A stretch of 64,000 bases of DNA from Candidatus Hermodarchaeota archaeon (GCA_048885925.1 JBHLLG010000003.1:23727-87726); one strand, 5' to 3'; positions 52,445 to 62,811 are shown, counted from the stretch's first letter. Made by a program: numbers and translations. The notes: generated by a model not told the origin, from the sequence alone.

Positions 52445-53062
52445 ATGTCTGATACAGAAGTTGTTAAAGAAGTTGAAAGTGTTTTATCAAAAAATATCCA
52501 ATTAACAATACAAATTGTTGGAGCTGCTATTTTTGGAGCCTTATCTTTAGTTTTATCATTATATGTAGTACCGTACTTACCTAGAACTCCAGAAGGTTTT
52601 GCTTATTTTGATCCTGTCTCAATAATTTGGGTTACTTGTTTTTTAATATTCGGTCCTTTAGCAGGGATTTTATGTTGTATAATTGGAATGGTGGTATTAT
52701 TTCCATTTGATCCTTTTGCACCAATCGGTCCTCTAATGAAATTTTCTGCTACTTTTTCTTTAATAATTGTTCCTATATTATTGTTATATTTGCTTAAACG
52801 CAAAGAAGGTAAGAGAATGAGCCAACAATTAAAAGAGCTTAAAACTTATGTTTTATACGGAGTATTAGGAATAGGCTTTAGAATTGTAATAATGGTAATT
52901 TTAAATATTTTAGTTTATTTGTATTACTACGGTTCAGAAGGATTGGAATATTGGGTAATTTTAGTTATTTTGCTTAATACTCTAACAAGTTTATGGGATT
53001 TATTATTTCCATACTTGTTAGTTTTTACAACTAAGCTGGACGAAAAATTTGAAATTTGGTAA
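52445..53062 (+). CDS. hypothetical membrane protein (ECF S-component-like?)
   Basis: 205 aa with about 5-6 TM. 'AAIFGALSLVLS' and 'LIFGPLAGILCCIIG' vaguely resemble ECF transporter substrate-capture components. Weak call. Confidence 0.35.
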   Translation: MSDTEVVKEVESVLSKNIQLTIQIVGAAIFGALSLVLSLYVVPYLPRTPEGFAYFDPVSIIWVTCFLIFGPLAGILCCIIGMVVLFPFDPFAPIGPLMKFSATFSLIIVPILLLYLLKRKEGKRMSQQLKELKTYVLYGVLGIGFRIVIMVILNILVYLYYYGSEGLEYWVILVILLNTLTSLWDLLFPYLLVFTTKLDEKFEIW

Positions 53063-53177
53063 TTAAGCTAAATTTCTTAATTTTTTTTATATTTTTAAAC
53101 AGATAATAAGATTTTTTTTGAGTAATTTATGTATTAAATTACAGTAAATTTTTAATATCAAGTTAAATAAAGAGCAG

Positions 53178-53981
53178 ATGATTATTTTGAAGAGAGAATA
53201 TGAATTTATTTTATTTGATGTTAATAATGGGATTAGTACTATTTCTTTAAACAGACCTGAAAAGTTTAATGCTCTGCAATATCCATTATTGATGGAAATT
53301 GTGAAAGTATTAGAATCAATCAAGAAAGATAAATCAATTCGGGTAATAGTATTTGAAGGTCGTGGAAAGAATTTTTGTTCTGGCGACGACATGACTAGTA
53401 TGGGTTCAGAAGGGGTAAAATTCACACCATTAGAAGATGGTTCAAGAATGCCACACCATAAAGTAGTGCGATTAATACGAGAAATTCAAAAGCCTGTTAT
53501 AGCATTGCTTCATGGATATTGTCTAGGAGCAGGATTTGATCTTGCACTTGCCTGTGATTTCAGATTAGCGGCAGATAATCTAAAAATGGGAGATCATCGT
53601 ACTACTAGAGCTCATTGCATACTAAGTGGAACAAGTTGGTTTCTCCCAAGAATCGTGGGTTTTGGAAGAGCAACTGAAATAATTATGACAGGGAGGCATC
53701 TTGATGCAAAGGAAGCGCTAAAGATTGGTTTAGTAAATGATGTTTACCCACTTGATAACTTTAAGCAAAAATCTTTAGAATTTATAGAAAAGATAGCGAA
53801 TATGCCAACAAAATGTCTAGGGTATAATAAATCTATGTTGAATTTTTCACAATTTAATGAATTATTTCCATCATTACAGCATGAATTTCGATTATATTGC
53901 AAAAATATAAGAACTTATGATTTTGGAGAAGGAATGAAATCGTTTAGAAAGAAACGAGATCCCAAATTTAAAGGACGATAG
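53178..53981 (+). CDS. crotonase-superfamily protein (enoyl-CoA hydratase/isomerase family)
   Basis: 'ISLNRPEKFNAL', 'VFEGRGKNFCSGDD', 'HGYCLGAGFDLALACDFRLA' and 'MTGRHLDAKEALKIGLVNDV'. Confidence 0.75.
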   Translation: MIILKREYEFILFDVNNGISTISLNRPEKFNALQYPLLMEIVKVLESIKKDKSIRVIVFEGRGKNFCSGDDMTSMGSEGVKFTPLEDGSRMPHHKVVRLIREIQKPVIALLHGYCLGAGFDLALACDFRLAADNLKMGDHRTTRAHCILSGTSWFLPRIVGFGRATEIIMTGRHLDAKEALKIGLVNDVYPLDNFKQKSLEFIEKIANMPTKCLGYNKSMLNFSQFNELFPSLQHEFRLYCKNIRTYDFGEGMKSFRKKRDPKFKGR

Positions 53982-54012
53982 ATCTTTTTTATAATTCAAA
54001 TATGAATAATAA

Positions 54013-55287
54013 TTGATTGAGATGAATTTATCAAAGGAAATTCAGGAATTTTTATTAAATGATGCTTTAGAACGTTTTTTAAGATATGTAACGGTTTGGA
54101 CGACTTCTAGCATAGAATCTGATACAATTCCCTCAACTAAAAATCAACTTGAGTTAGCTAAAATCTTAACTAAAGAACTGAAGGAGCTAGAATTAAAAGA
54201 TGTCGTTCAAGATGAGTTGGGTTTTGTTTATGGGTATTTACCACCTAGTAAAGGAAACGAAAAAACAAGACCAATTGGTTTTATGGCACATTTAGATACA
54301 TCAGAATCTGTTAGTGGAAAAGATGTAAAACCTGTAATTCATAAGAATTATGATGGACGTAAAATAAAGTATTCTCAAAATAAGGATTTAACGTTATCTA
54401 TTGAAGATTCTCCCAATTTAGAACAATACATTGGTCTGGATATTATTACTTCACAAGGAGATACTCTATTAGGATCTGATGATAAGGCAGGCATTGCTGA
54501 AATTATGACTGCTTTAGCAGCATGGAAGATATATCCTCAATTAAAACATGGTCCAATTTTTGTTTGTTTTACCCCTGATGAAGAAACTGGAAAAGGAGTA
54601 ATAAATAAAGTTGATAAGAAGAAACTTCCAAAAGTATGTTATACTTTAGATGGTGGAGAAATAGGTGAGTTAGAAGTTGAATGTTTTGATGCATGGCGTG
54701 TAGATATAAATTTTAAGGGTTTAAATGTACATACAGGATATGCAAAAAATTTGTTGATTAATGCAGGACATATTGCCTGTAGATTCTTAAGTGAATTACC
54801 TGAAGCAGAGTCTCCAGAACATACAGAAGAAAGGGAAGGTTTCTTTCATTTAACTAAGTTAAAAGGAACAACAGAAGAAGCTTATGTTCGACTTTTAATA
54901 AGAGATTATGAAGTAAAAAATAATGAAAAGCGAATGGAATATATTAAAAAGTTAAAAGATTTGTATGAATTTCATTATCCAGGATTACAAATTGAATTAA
55001 ATTTTCATAATCAATACAAAAATATGCTTAATTATATTGAGAAAGATAAAGTTATAATTGATTTAGCCAAAAAAGCAATAGAACAAGCGGGATTAGAGTT
55101 AAAAATAAAATCTATTAGAGGAGGTACTGATGGGTCACAGCTCAGTGAAATCGGGATTCCTACTCCAAATCTTTTTACTGGAGGATTATTATTTCACTCC
55201 AGGAAAGAGTATATCCCTACGCTAGCTTTACAAAAAGCAGCTGAAGTTTTAATATATTTAGCTCACCTATGGACTCAACAAGAATAG
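54013..55287 (+). CDS. pepT: peptidase T (M20B tripeptide aminopeptidase)
   Basis: 'LERFLRYVTVWTTS', 'IGFMAHLDT', 'LGSDDKAGIAEIM', 'FTPDEETG' and 'GGTDGSQLS'. Tracked TTG start at 54013, with an ATG at 54022. Confidence 0.8.
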   Translation: MIEMNLSKEIQEFLLNDALERFLRYVTVWTTSSIESDTIPSTKNQLELAKILTKELKELELKDVVQDELGFVYGYLPPSKGNEKTRPIGFMAHLDTSESVSGKDVKPVIHKNYDGRKIKYSQNKDLTLSIEDSPNLEQYIGLDIITSQGDTLLGSDDKAGIAEIMTALAAWKIYPQLKHGPIFVCFTPDEETGKGVINKVDKKKLPKVCYTLDGGEIGELEVECFDAWRVDINFKGLNVHTGYAKNLLINAGHIACRFLSELPEAESPEHTEEREGFFHLTKLKGTTEEAYVRLLIRDYEVKNNEKRMEYIKKLKDLYEFHYPGLQIELNFHNQYKNMLNYIEKDKVIIDLAKKAIEQAGLELKIKSIRGGTDGSQLSEIGIPTPNLFTGGLLFHSRKEYIPTLALQKAAEVLIYLAHLWTQQE

Positions 55288-55301
55288 CATCTTAATATAA
55301 T

Positions 55302-56090
55302 TTATAATATATTTAATCTTGACAATGCAGCTAAAGCAATTTCACCCTCCAGACTTACACATTCTTTATATTCTTCTTCCCTCCAAGGAATTTTCCATCT
55401 ATTAAGAGGATTATAATAGCTATAGAAAAAAGCGCCAAAATTTACATTATTTTGCTTACAAATTGTTCCTAAGACATTAAGCTCCCCATTTTCCATCGAA
55501 ATACAACCTTTTTTCTGCAATTCATATATTTCTTGTCTTTTAATTTGATAAAATGCTTCTTTACAATAATTCTTCCCAATGTGATAATCAACAGTCCTTT
55601 TTTTTGTTTCTTCTATAAATATATTAATAACTTGTTTATCTAATTCAATTTCTTCATCCTGTTTTCTTCCATAATGTATAGATGTTCCATCTATCCCCAA
55701 ACCATGCGTAGGAATAAGATAATCAAGTAATTTTACGTTTTCACCCATTCCCCAAGACCCGCAAACTAAGAAAATAGTTTTAGCTCCACAAAAGATCAAA
55801 TCTTCTGCAATTGATGCTATTGGCGATGCACCCATAGGTGGTATCAAAACTGTGATAGGTATTTCTTTAAATTTCCCTCGATATATATAATCTGGTGCAA
55901 TGTAGGGGTGAAATGGCATCAACCATTCTACTTGTTCTATTTTAACTTTATCTTTTAAAAAATTCAAAAGAAATCTAGAAAAAATGATCATAACATTTGA
56001 ATCAACATTGAAATCTTTTTCATCTTTATTTGAAGATTCTATCGCTGCTTGAATTACATCTTTTGAGGTACAGCATAACTCATCTTTCAT
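55302..56090 (-). CDS. nucleoside phosphorylase superfamily (PNP/UDP-like) protein
   Basis: 'IPITVLIPPMGASPIASIAEDLIFCGAKTIFLVCGSWG...LLDYLIPTHGLGIDGTSIHYG' and 'SMENGELNVLG' parallel the PNP_UDP pattern G.G.p.aa...eeL...G.k..i..G..G...gD..i......dG.s..y...ME. Confidence 0.45.
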   Translation of the reverse strand: MKDELCCTSKDVIQAAIESSNKDEKDFNVDSNVMIIFSRFLLNFLKDKVKIEQVEWLMPFHPYIAPDYIYRGKFKEIPITVLIPPMGASPIASIAEDLIFCGAKTIFLVCGSWGMGENVKLLDYLIPTHGLGIDGTSIHYGRKQDEEIELDKQVINIFIEETKKRTVDYHIGKNYCKEAFYQIKRQEIYELQKKGCISMENGELNVLGTICKQNNVNFGAFFYSYYNPLNRWKIPWREEEYKECVSLEGEIALAALSRLNIL

Positions 56091-56152
56091 TTTTTGAATT
56101 AACCCAAAATATTAAATATTAATAAATCTGAAATTGATGTTATTTAAAAGAA

Positions 56153-57376
56153 TTATTCCTTTTTTTGAATTATTTTTGAAAAATCAGTCACCGAGAATAT
56201 TAGGATACAAATGAGTAATAGAATTGAAGTATAAATAAATGCCCAGGTATATGAAAATAAATCATATATTAAGCCAAAAATTAATGATTCTCCCATGGAT
56301 ATAAGCCCCACTGACAAGTAATAGTAGCCATAAGCCCGACCTCTTTTTCTTTTACCTGCTAAATCAGCGATATAAGCCCGTGATATTGGATCAACAGATG
56401 CCAAATAAAAGCCATACATTATAAAAATAATTATTATTAAAACAAAAGAAAATATTGAAATATTAATAGGAAATGATAAAAGAATACAGGAAACTAAAAG
56501 AACTAATAATCCAATATCTATTATTATTTTTCTTCCAAATTTATCAGACATGCTTCCAGTAATAGGCGAAAATAATGTGTATACAATATTACTTACCATG
56601 TAGAAGATTGGGATAAAATAAATTAACTCAACGTAATCTCCCGCCCTGATTTGAAGAAAAGCAATATCCAAACTAGCAAATTCGATAACTCCCAAAATAA
56701 TTATTAATTTTATGAAATTTTTATCTAATTTTTTATATATTGGTTTTTCTTCTTGAAATCCTAATTTATCATCAATCTTATTTGGATCTACATCTTTAAT
56801 TGTTAAAATTAAAATTATAGCAATAAAACCAGGAAAAATTGAGAAAAAGATTATCTGTGAGTACGTCCAAGTTAAAAATAGGAATAAAAAAGCTAGTAAT
56901 GAACCAATAACCGCACCGAATGTATCCATCGCTCTATGTAGTCCAAAAGCTTTTCCCTTTTCAGTGGCATAATAAGATATAAGAGTATCTCTTGAGGAAG
57001 TTCTTAATCCTTTACCAAAGCGATCAATACTTTTCATTCCTAATATATATTCCCAAGAAGGACTAAATGCCATAAATGGTTTAGAAAGATTTGATAGAGC
57101 ATAACCTCCTACTACAAATGGCTTCCTTTTATTTATTCTATCACTCATCCAACCAGAGATACCTTTTAAAATATTCGCAATGGCAGTTGTCAATCCTGTA
57201 ATTAATCCTAAAATTAATCCGGTTCCGCCTACTTCAAAAATGAAATAAGGTAATATACTTTGTATCATTTCGCTTGATATATCAGTAAAGAAAGAAACTA
57301 ATCCCATTATGAAGATTGGAACGGAGACTCCAAAGATGAATTTAACTCTCCTTGCTTTTTTTTCTTTTTTATCCAT
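56153..57376 (-). CDS. MFS transporter
   Basis: 407 aa with about 12 TM. Motif A-like 'GWMSDRINKRKPF' and a second-half repeat 'GSMSDKFGRKIII'. Confidence 0.7.
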   Translation of the reverse strand: MDKKEKKARRVKFIFGVSVPIFIMGLVSFFTDISSEMIQSILPYFIFEVGGTGLILGLITGLTTAIANILKGISGWMSDRINKRKPFVVGGYALSNLSKPFMAFSPSWEYILGMKSIDRFGKGLRTSSRDTLISYYATEKGKAFGLHRAMDTFGAVIGSLLAFLFLFLTWTYSQIIFFSIFPGFIAIILILTIKDVDPNKIDDKLGFQEEKPIYKKLDKNFIKLIIILGVIEFASLDIAFLQIRAGDYVELIYFIPIFYMVSNIVYTLFSPITGSMSDKFGRKIIIDIGLLVLLVSCILLSFPINISIFSFVLIIIIFIMYGFYLASVDPISRAYIADLAGKRKRGRAYGYYYLSVGLISMGESLIFGLIYDLFSYTWAFIYTSILLLICILIFSVTDFSKIIQKKE

Positions 57377-57587
57377 AATTATTAGAGAATTCTTAGAATG
57401 TTATATAAAAGGTAAATTTATAAATAAGGATAATCAAATTCAAATTTATTAAAATTATTTTATACCAAAATCATAGATTAATAAAATTGCTATTCAATAC
57501 TCTGTATATTTTCCATGACTTTTATGAAACTTTATAAATCTCGAATAAATTTTTATTATTATATAAATCGTTTTTAAAGTAATTCCA

Positions 57588-58274
57588 ATGTCAGATGAAA
57601 AAAAGACTTTAAATGTTATTGATGAAACTATTCAAGCAGCAGAGTCAAGTTTTAAAGAATTCATTGATGTATTAGAAACATCCAGAACTGCATTATTAAA
57701 ACTTGAAAATGATAAAATAGAGCTAAGTAATGTTAAAGAACAACTTGAAACAGAAAAAATACAACTAGAAGAGGAAAAAAATAAGCTGGAAAACGTAAAA
57801 CGACAATTAGAGGCTGATAAGAAAAAATTAGAAGAAGAAACTAGAAAACTTGAAATTGAAAAACAAGAACGAGACCAAAAGATAGGTTCTTTGACAGAAG
57901 AACAAATGAAACTATTAGATGAATATAGAAAAGTAAAAGTGGAATTAGAGAAATTTATGAAAGCTGCTGAGGAAGCTGAAGAAGCAGAATATAATTTTGA
58001 GAGAGTTCGTGCTCTATTATCGATTTATACAGTCTTAGTTTCTGAGATTTGGCAAGGCCAACCTCATTATAGAATTCTCATGACTCTTCATGGTGAAACT
58101 GACGAAATGTCAAGAGATCAAATAAAGAATACAACTGGAATAGGTGGTGCATTTGTCTTACATTCAGTACAAGAATTAGCGAAAGTTGGGCTTGTAGACT
58201 ATGATATGGATACGGGTATGGTGAAATTGAAAAAACGTCTATTTCCTAAAAAAGCATTAGAAGAAAAGAAATAA
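57588..58274 (+). CDS. coiled-coil protein with a C-terminal winged-helix-like domain
   Basis: N-terminal ~130 aa of heptad-rich E/K/L sequence (LETEKIQLEEEKNKLENVKRQLEADKKKLEEE...). Then 'HYRILMTLHGETDEMSRDQIKNTTGIGGAFVLHSVQELAKVGLVDYD', which is MarR/ArsR-like wHTH. Confidence 0.5.
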   Translation: MSDEKKTLNVIDETIQAAESSFKEFIDVLETSRTALLKLENDKIELSNVKEQLETEKIQLEEEKNKLENVKRQLEADKKKLEEETRKLEIEKQERDQKIGSLTEEQMKLLDEYRKVKVELEKFMKAAEEAEEAEYNFERVRALLSIYTVLVSEIWQGQPHYRILMTLHGETDEMSRDQIKNTTGIGGAFVLHSVQELAKVGLVDYDMDTGMVKLKKRLFPKKALEEKK

Positions 58275-58286
58275 ATCTTTTAATTA

Positions 58287-59270
58287 TTATTTTTTTGGTT
58301 TTAGAACTTCAGGATCTTTAATTTCTAAACCAGCGTTTATACCTAAATCATCAATGATCAAAATCTCTTTCCTTTTATCAAATAGTTTTAATCTAATTTT
58401 TGAGTTAATACTTTCAGCAATATGACCTGACATAACTCCAACTTTTGGAGCTTTTAAAAGACCAGAACCAATCCCTTTTTTAGCCACCTGAAAATCAAGA
58501 GTATATTTTTTATCCTCAACAATAACATGAAGAATATCAGGTAAAATATCTAAAGATTTAATTTTTGCACTAGTATAGGTTGCAAATTTATAGAAATCTC
58601 CTTCATACCAAAGTGCACTTAAAAATCCATTAAATTTCATTCCTAAGAAAGGAATTTTTGCAATTGAGAACATAAATGAGAGATTAGGATTCGAAAAATG
58701 ATTTGATTGTGTCCAAACCCATGCACTTGGAAAGGATTTACCCCAATCTTTTTCAATATATCCTTTTCCATTATCAAAATTGATAAATTCTCCGTCAATT
58801 GTGAGAGTACCTCGAATTTCATGATTCATACTCACCATTCCATGGTAAGTTTCCATAAATGGCACATAAGAAAACCAACCCATCACCCCCGGCTGTAAGA
58901 ATTTTTTAGGCCAAAGAATTGGATTTATATATTCAAGATCTCCTTTAATTTTATGGTTTTGTTGATCTATATCAATATGTATTCGCTCTAAGGAAAAATA
59001 ATTTTTCCCAATTTGAATTTTATATTTCTTATTTGAGAGATTTTCGAAATCTTCTAAACGATATTTAAAGTATTCAACAGATGCGTTAATTCCATCCAAA
59101 TATTGTATAAATGCATGCGAAGTTTTTTCCTTTTTATTCAATGCTATAGTTGGAATAATAGCATATATATGATTTGCCGATGAATCTACAATTTTATTAT
59201 ACCAACCTTCGAAATAAAATTTCTTTTTTAAACTACCCTGAAATACATTAGGTCTACTTCTTTTTCCCAT
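58287..59270 (-). CDS. tocopherol-cyclase-family-like protein
   Basis: N-terminal 'FYFEGWYNKI' and 'GKGYIEKDWGKSFPSAWVWTQSNHF' parallel the plant/cyanobacterial tocopherol cyclase motifs (FFEGWYF.. / GKAY.EKNWG..FP..W.W.Q.N.F), recalled from memory. Confidence 0.55.
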   Translation of the reverse strand: MGKRSRPNVFQGSLKKKFYFEGWYNKIVDSSANHIYAIIPTIALNKKEKTSHAFIQYLDGINASVEYFKYRLEDFENLSNKKYKIQIGKNYFSLERIHIDIDQQNHKIKGDLEYINPILWPKKFLQPGVMGWFSYVPFMETYHGMVSMNHEIRGTLTIDGEFINFDNGKGYIEKDWGKSFPSAWVWTQSNHFSNPNLSFMFSIAKIPFLGMKFNGFLSALWYEGDFYKFATYTSAKIKSLDILPDILHVIVEDKKYTLDFQVAKKGIGSGLLKAPKVGVMSGHIAESINSKIRLKLFDKRKEILIIDDLGINAGLEIKDPEVLKPKK

Positions 59271-59335
59271 AATATCCCTAAATAATTATTCAATTCCAAT
59301 TTATTTATTGTTTATCGCTAAAATAATAAAAATAA

Positions 59336-59749
59336 TTAAGTTTCTTCTGTTAAAAATTTAAACATTTTCAATAAAAGGAGTAATTTCCTTATCCCTCGCA
59401 TTTTTATTTTTCTTTTAAGCCACATTTTAGCAACTCCAAGCATTGACAATCGACTCATAGCGATCGCAAGGAAAGTTTGTGTATCCATCTCTAAAAATGC
59501 GTGCCACCCTACTTTTTTCTTATTTAAGTTTGTTTTAGGTTTATTAGGAATACTCTTAACTTTCACAGATCCATGATCAATTACTATTAATGCAGCGTAT
59601 TTTAAATTAGAAGCATTCAAGAGAATTTTAGCATCAATATTTTTAAATTTATCTTGAAATGCCTTATTTTCATTTAAAGGAAGGAGAATACTATTAATTA
59701 AAGCAGCAAAACCCCTTATTTTGTTCTCATCTTTGTTTGTATCTATCAT
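59336..59749 (-). CDS. SCP2 (sterol-carrier-protein-2-like) lipid-binding domain protein
   Basis: 'DAKILLNASNLKYAALIVIDHGSVKV', 'MDTQTFLAIAMSRLSMLGVAKMWLKRKIKMRG' and 'LLLLKMF' follow the SCP2 pattern (....l.G.l.....f..Gklki.Gd......l..lf). Confidence 0.5.
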   Translation of the reverse strand: MIDTNKDENKIRGFAALINSILLPLNENKAFQDKFKNIDAKILLNASNLKYAALIVIDHGSVKVKSIPNKPKTNLNKKKVGWHAFLEMDTQTFLAIAMSRLSMLGVAKMWLKRKIKMRGIRKLLLLLKMFKFLTEET

Positions 59750-59758
59750 GACAATAAT

Positions 59759-61342
59759 TCATATATCTTGTTTTAATCTATTATTTGGTGAAATATAAAA
59801 TCCGGAATCAGAAATATCATTTGGATCAAATGCTTCTTTTATCTTTCTTAACCAGATATGATAATTCGACATATGAGGTCCAAAGAGATCATGCAAACGA
59901 TTTCCTTCTACAAAAAATGGAGCACCAAGATGTTTAAGTAAGTCTAATTGAAAACTTTTCCCTATATAGTCAGCCATTCCAGTGATGCTGTTTTTATCTG
60001 TTTGATCGAAAAAAGTTAGGGCTTCTAAATGAAAATAATGTCCTGATTCATAGGAACTCATCCATGCACCTTCTCCAAAATCATTGACAATTACACCTTT
60101 TTTAATATATTTTTTTTTTAATGGAATATTCACTGACGCACTGCGAAGGCATACTAATGCTGTATCGGCTCCTCCTTCTGCTGACTGCATACTTCCAGTT
60201 GCTAAAAAACCATGTAATCCTAAGTTAGATCGAAGTGCTTCGGCATAAAAAATTGGATTTGGAATATATAAAGTCCCTATTATATTTTTTAAATTTAATT
60301 TCTTCAATAAGAAATCCATTACTTTTTGTTTGTAATCAAATTCTCGCTTGGTTCTAGCAGCTATTAATACAACTAAAGGAGCTTGCATCCTTCCTAATGC
60401 TACTTTATCCAATAAACTTTCCGTTGAATTAGAAAATATAGCCATCACAGCATAATTACATAAATAACTACACATAAATGAGATTTCTTCCTCTTCTACT
60501 CTCAAGATAGCAGATTCAAGTTTTTTAAAATTTCCACAATCCATTATATATAATTTCATGAATTTGGGAATAATAAAATCATAATTAGGAGAAAATCCTT
60601 TAATATTATAATCACTACTACAAGGAAAAGGAAATAATTTTACAGCAACTTTTGTAAAAACACCTAGACCTGATTTTGTACCTGAATAACCTCTCATTAT
60701 TCCTCTTAGACTAGGACCTGGGCCATCTCCGTGATACCAATCAGGAGTGTTCTTTAATCCGTAAGATCCTAATTTCATTATTTCTCCATCAGGTAATACC
60801 CATTCAACACCTAGTACATTCCTAGCACTATAACCTGTAGAAGGAGACGTAAAGCCAGGACCATTCATTGATGTAGAGCTAGCAAGAGGAGAAACTTGAG
60901 GACCAGCACCAGGCATATGGCAATTGAGTCCATATTTCATAACTTCAACTTGTAATTGAGCTCCACTCACATATGGTTCAATTACAGCATAAAGATTTTT
61001 TTCATCAATTTTTACGATTTTATTCATTCTACGCATATCAAAAATAATGCAGTTATCAGTAGATGGTTGATTCCATGGTCCAAGACCAGTGGACTGAGCT
61101 TTAAATTGGAGTCCATATTTGTTACATAATTTTATAAGTTTTTGAACTTCTTCTGTTGTTGATGGTAATACAACTGCTCTAGGAACGGGAGAAAAAGGAA
61201 TTGGTTCTTTACCTTCCATATAGTTAAAAATTTCTGTACACCAATTGTAAGCATAGACATTTGTAATTACATCACCATCATCTATATTTCCTACGCCAAC
61301 TACTTTTTCAAATTCTCTAAAAATGTTTTTTTCCAAGGTCAT
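59759..61342 (-). CDS. FAD-linked oxidase (FAD_binding_4 / GlcD-like family)
   Basis: 'PRAVVLPSTTEEVQKLIKLCNKYGLQFKAQSTGLG', 'IIFDMRRMNKIVKIDEKNLYAVIEPYVSGAQLQ' and 'RNVLGVEWVLPDGEIMKLGS' are typical. The ATG (61340-61342) abuts the stop of the upstream Fe-S gene. Confidence 0.7.
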   Translation of the reverse strand: MTLEKNIFREFEKVVGVGNIDDGDVITNVYAYNWCTEIFNYMEGKEPIPFSPVPRAVVLPSTTEEVQKLIKLCNKYGLQFKAQSTGLGPWNQPSTDNCIIFDMRRMNKIVKIDEKNLYAVIEPYVSGAQLQVEVMKYGLNCHMPGAGPQVSPLASSTSMNGPGFTSPSTGYSARNVLGVEWVLPDGEIMKLGSYGLKNTPDWYHGDGPGPSLRGIMRGYSGTKSGLGVFTKVAVKLFPFPCSSDYNIKGFSPNYDFIIPKFMKLYIMDCGNFKKLESAILRVEEEEISFMCSYLCNYAVMAIFSNSTESLLDKVALGRMQAPLVVLIAARTKREFDYKQKVMDFLLKKLNLKNIIGTLYIPNPIFYAEALRSNLGLHGFLATGSMQSAEGGADTALVCLRSASVNIPLKKKYIKKGVIVNDFGEGAWMSSYESGHYFHLEALTFFDQTDKNSITGMADYIGKSFQLDLLKHLGAPFFVEGNRLHDLFGPHMSNYHIWLRKIKEAFDPNDISDSGFYISPNNRLKQDI

Positions 61343-62647
61343 TTAAGTTACCTCCACAGACGATTTTTTACCGAATTTATTTTGTGAATCGAGCGTTAAT
61401 AAAATTAACTCACTTATATCATAGAATCTCAAATTAGAACCTTTATCGTCAATTCCATCTTTTAAATTAGTAGAACAAAAAGGACATGCAGAGGAGATTA
61501 TTTCTGCTCCTGTATCTTCAGCTTCCTCGATCCTAGATTTAGCAGTTTTGAGAGCAAATTCTGGAAATGCGGATTTCACACCACCTCCCGCGCCACAACA
61601 ATATGCATATTCTTTAATCCTTTCCATCTCAATAAAATTAAGTCCTGGTATTTTTTCAAGTAATTTTCTTGGAGCTTCATAGATTCCATATGTACCACAT
61701 CTCTTTGGTCTTTCAGGTATATTAATTGATACAAGTGGCATCATTTGTAGTTCATCACCATCCCAATCTTCATAAAGTTCAGAATTACGCCCCAAATGGC
61801 AAGGATCGTGGTAGGTTACATTATAGGGGACTTCTCTAGTCAATTCTAATTTTGAATCCTCAATTAACTCATTAAACAATTGTGTTGTGTGAAGAACCTT
61901 AAAATTATAATCTTTTTCTAAGACATAGTCAACTTTAAATGTATCATAACATCCAGCACAGCTAAAAACAACAGTTTCAATACCCTCTTTTTCAATAATA
62001 TCAATATTTTTATGTACCTGATCCAAAAATGATTTTGTATCTCCGGTTCTTAGGATGGGACTTCCACAACAAAATTCATTCTCAGTAAGAATTCTAAACG
62101 AGTAGTTTGCTGCATTCATTATACGAGCAGTAGAAATTGCTATTTCTTTTCTCCTGTAAGATGAGGTGCATCCAACAAAATATAAAACCTTTGCATTAGG
62201 ATCTATCTTGATATCATGAGGTAGCCAATCCATCCTCTTTTCATGAGCTTCATTATATGGATTATTCATATTTTTTATGGATTGAATATAGCGTTGTTGC
62301 TCTGACATTGGTCCATATCCTAAAGAAACCAGTTTTTCTCTGAGTTTTACAATGATTTCAAGTGGCTCTAGAGTATTTAAAAATTTACAAGCAATAGCAC
62401 ATCCTCCACATTCAGTACATTTGTATACGATTTCAGTTAATTCTTCAGATGGTTTCAATCTTCCCATTTCTAGTGCTAAGGCTATTATTATTCGACCACC
62501 TCCACTATATGCATGAAAGTTATAAATATCTATTGAAGGACAAATTGTAGCATATTTTTGACTTTTTATTTGTAACTGTGGTATCCATTTACATATGGAG
62601 CATCGGAGACAGCTTTGAATCATTTGTTTATATTCTTGATCATTCAA
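61343..62647 (-). CDS. Fe-S oxidoreductase with two CCG domains (GlcF / HdrD-like)
   Basis: Ferredoxin-like 'CLRCSICKW' and 'CTECGGCAIAC'. CCG-type motifs 'FVGCTSSY...EFCCGSP' and 'HDPCHLGR...AYCCGAGGG'. TTG start. Confidence 0.75.
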   Translation of the reverse strand: MNDQEYKQMIQSCLRCSICKWIPQLQIKSQKYATICPSIDIYNFHAYSGGGRIIIALALEMGRLKPSEELTEIVYKCTECGGCAIACKFLNTLEPLEIIVKLREKLVSLGYGPMSEQQRYIQSIKNMNNPYNEAHEKRMDWLPHDIKIDPNAKVLYFVGCTSSYRRKEIAISTARIMNAANYSFRILTENEFCCGSPILRTGDTKSFLDQVHKNIDIIEKEGIETVVFSCAGCYDTFKVDYVLEKDYNFKVLHTTQLFNELIEDSKLELTREVPYNVTYHDPCHLGRNSELYEDWDGDELQMMPLVSINIPERPKRCGTYGIYEAPRKLLEKIPGLNFIEMERIKEYAYCCGAGGGVKSAFPEFALKTAKSRIEEAEDTGAEIISSACPFCSTNLKDGIDDKGSNLRFYDISELILLTLDSQNKFGKKSSVEVT

Positions 62648-62811
62648 TAATCTGATAAATCCCCTTTTTATTTGATTTAAAGAAATTGATCTTGACAGTG
62701 AAATAAATTAATTTTTAATCAAATAAAACGATAACTATTAAGAAATCTCTGGTTATTCGTTAAATTCTAAATAATTTTCTAAAAACAAGAATTTAAGTGA
62801 ACTGTAAAAAT

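Noticed and set aside
47206-53425. Antisense ORFs 47206-47532, 50226-50510, 52603-52803 and 53087-53425, plus the nested plus-strand ORF 58707-58898 (opposite the minus-strand tocopherol-cyclase-like gene)
   Set aside because: Each overlaps a better-supported ORF with motifs or a good start context. Their translations are compositionally skewed.
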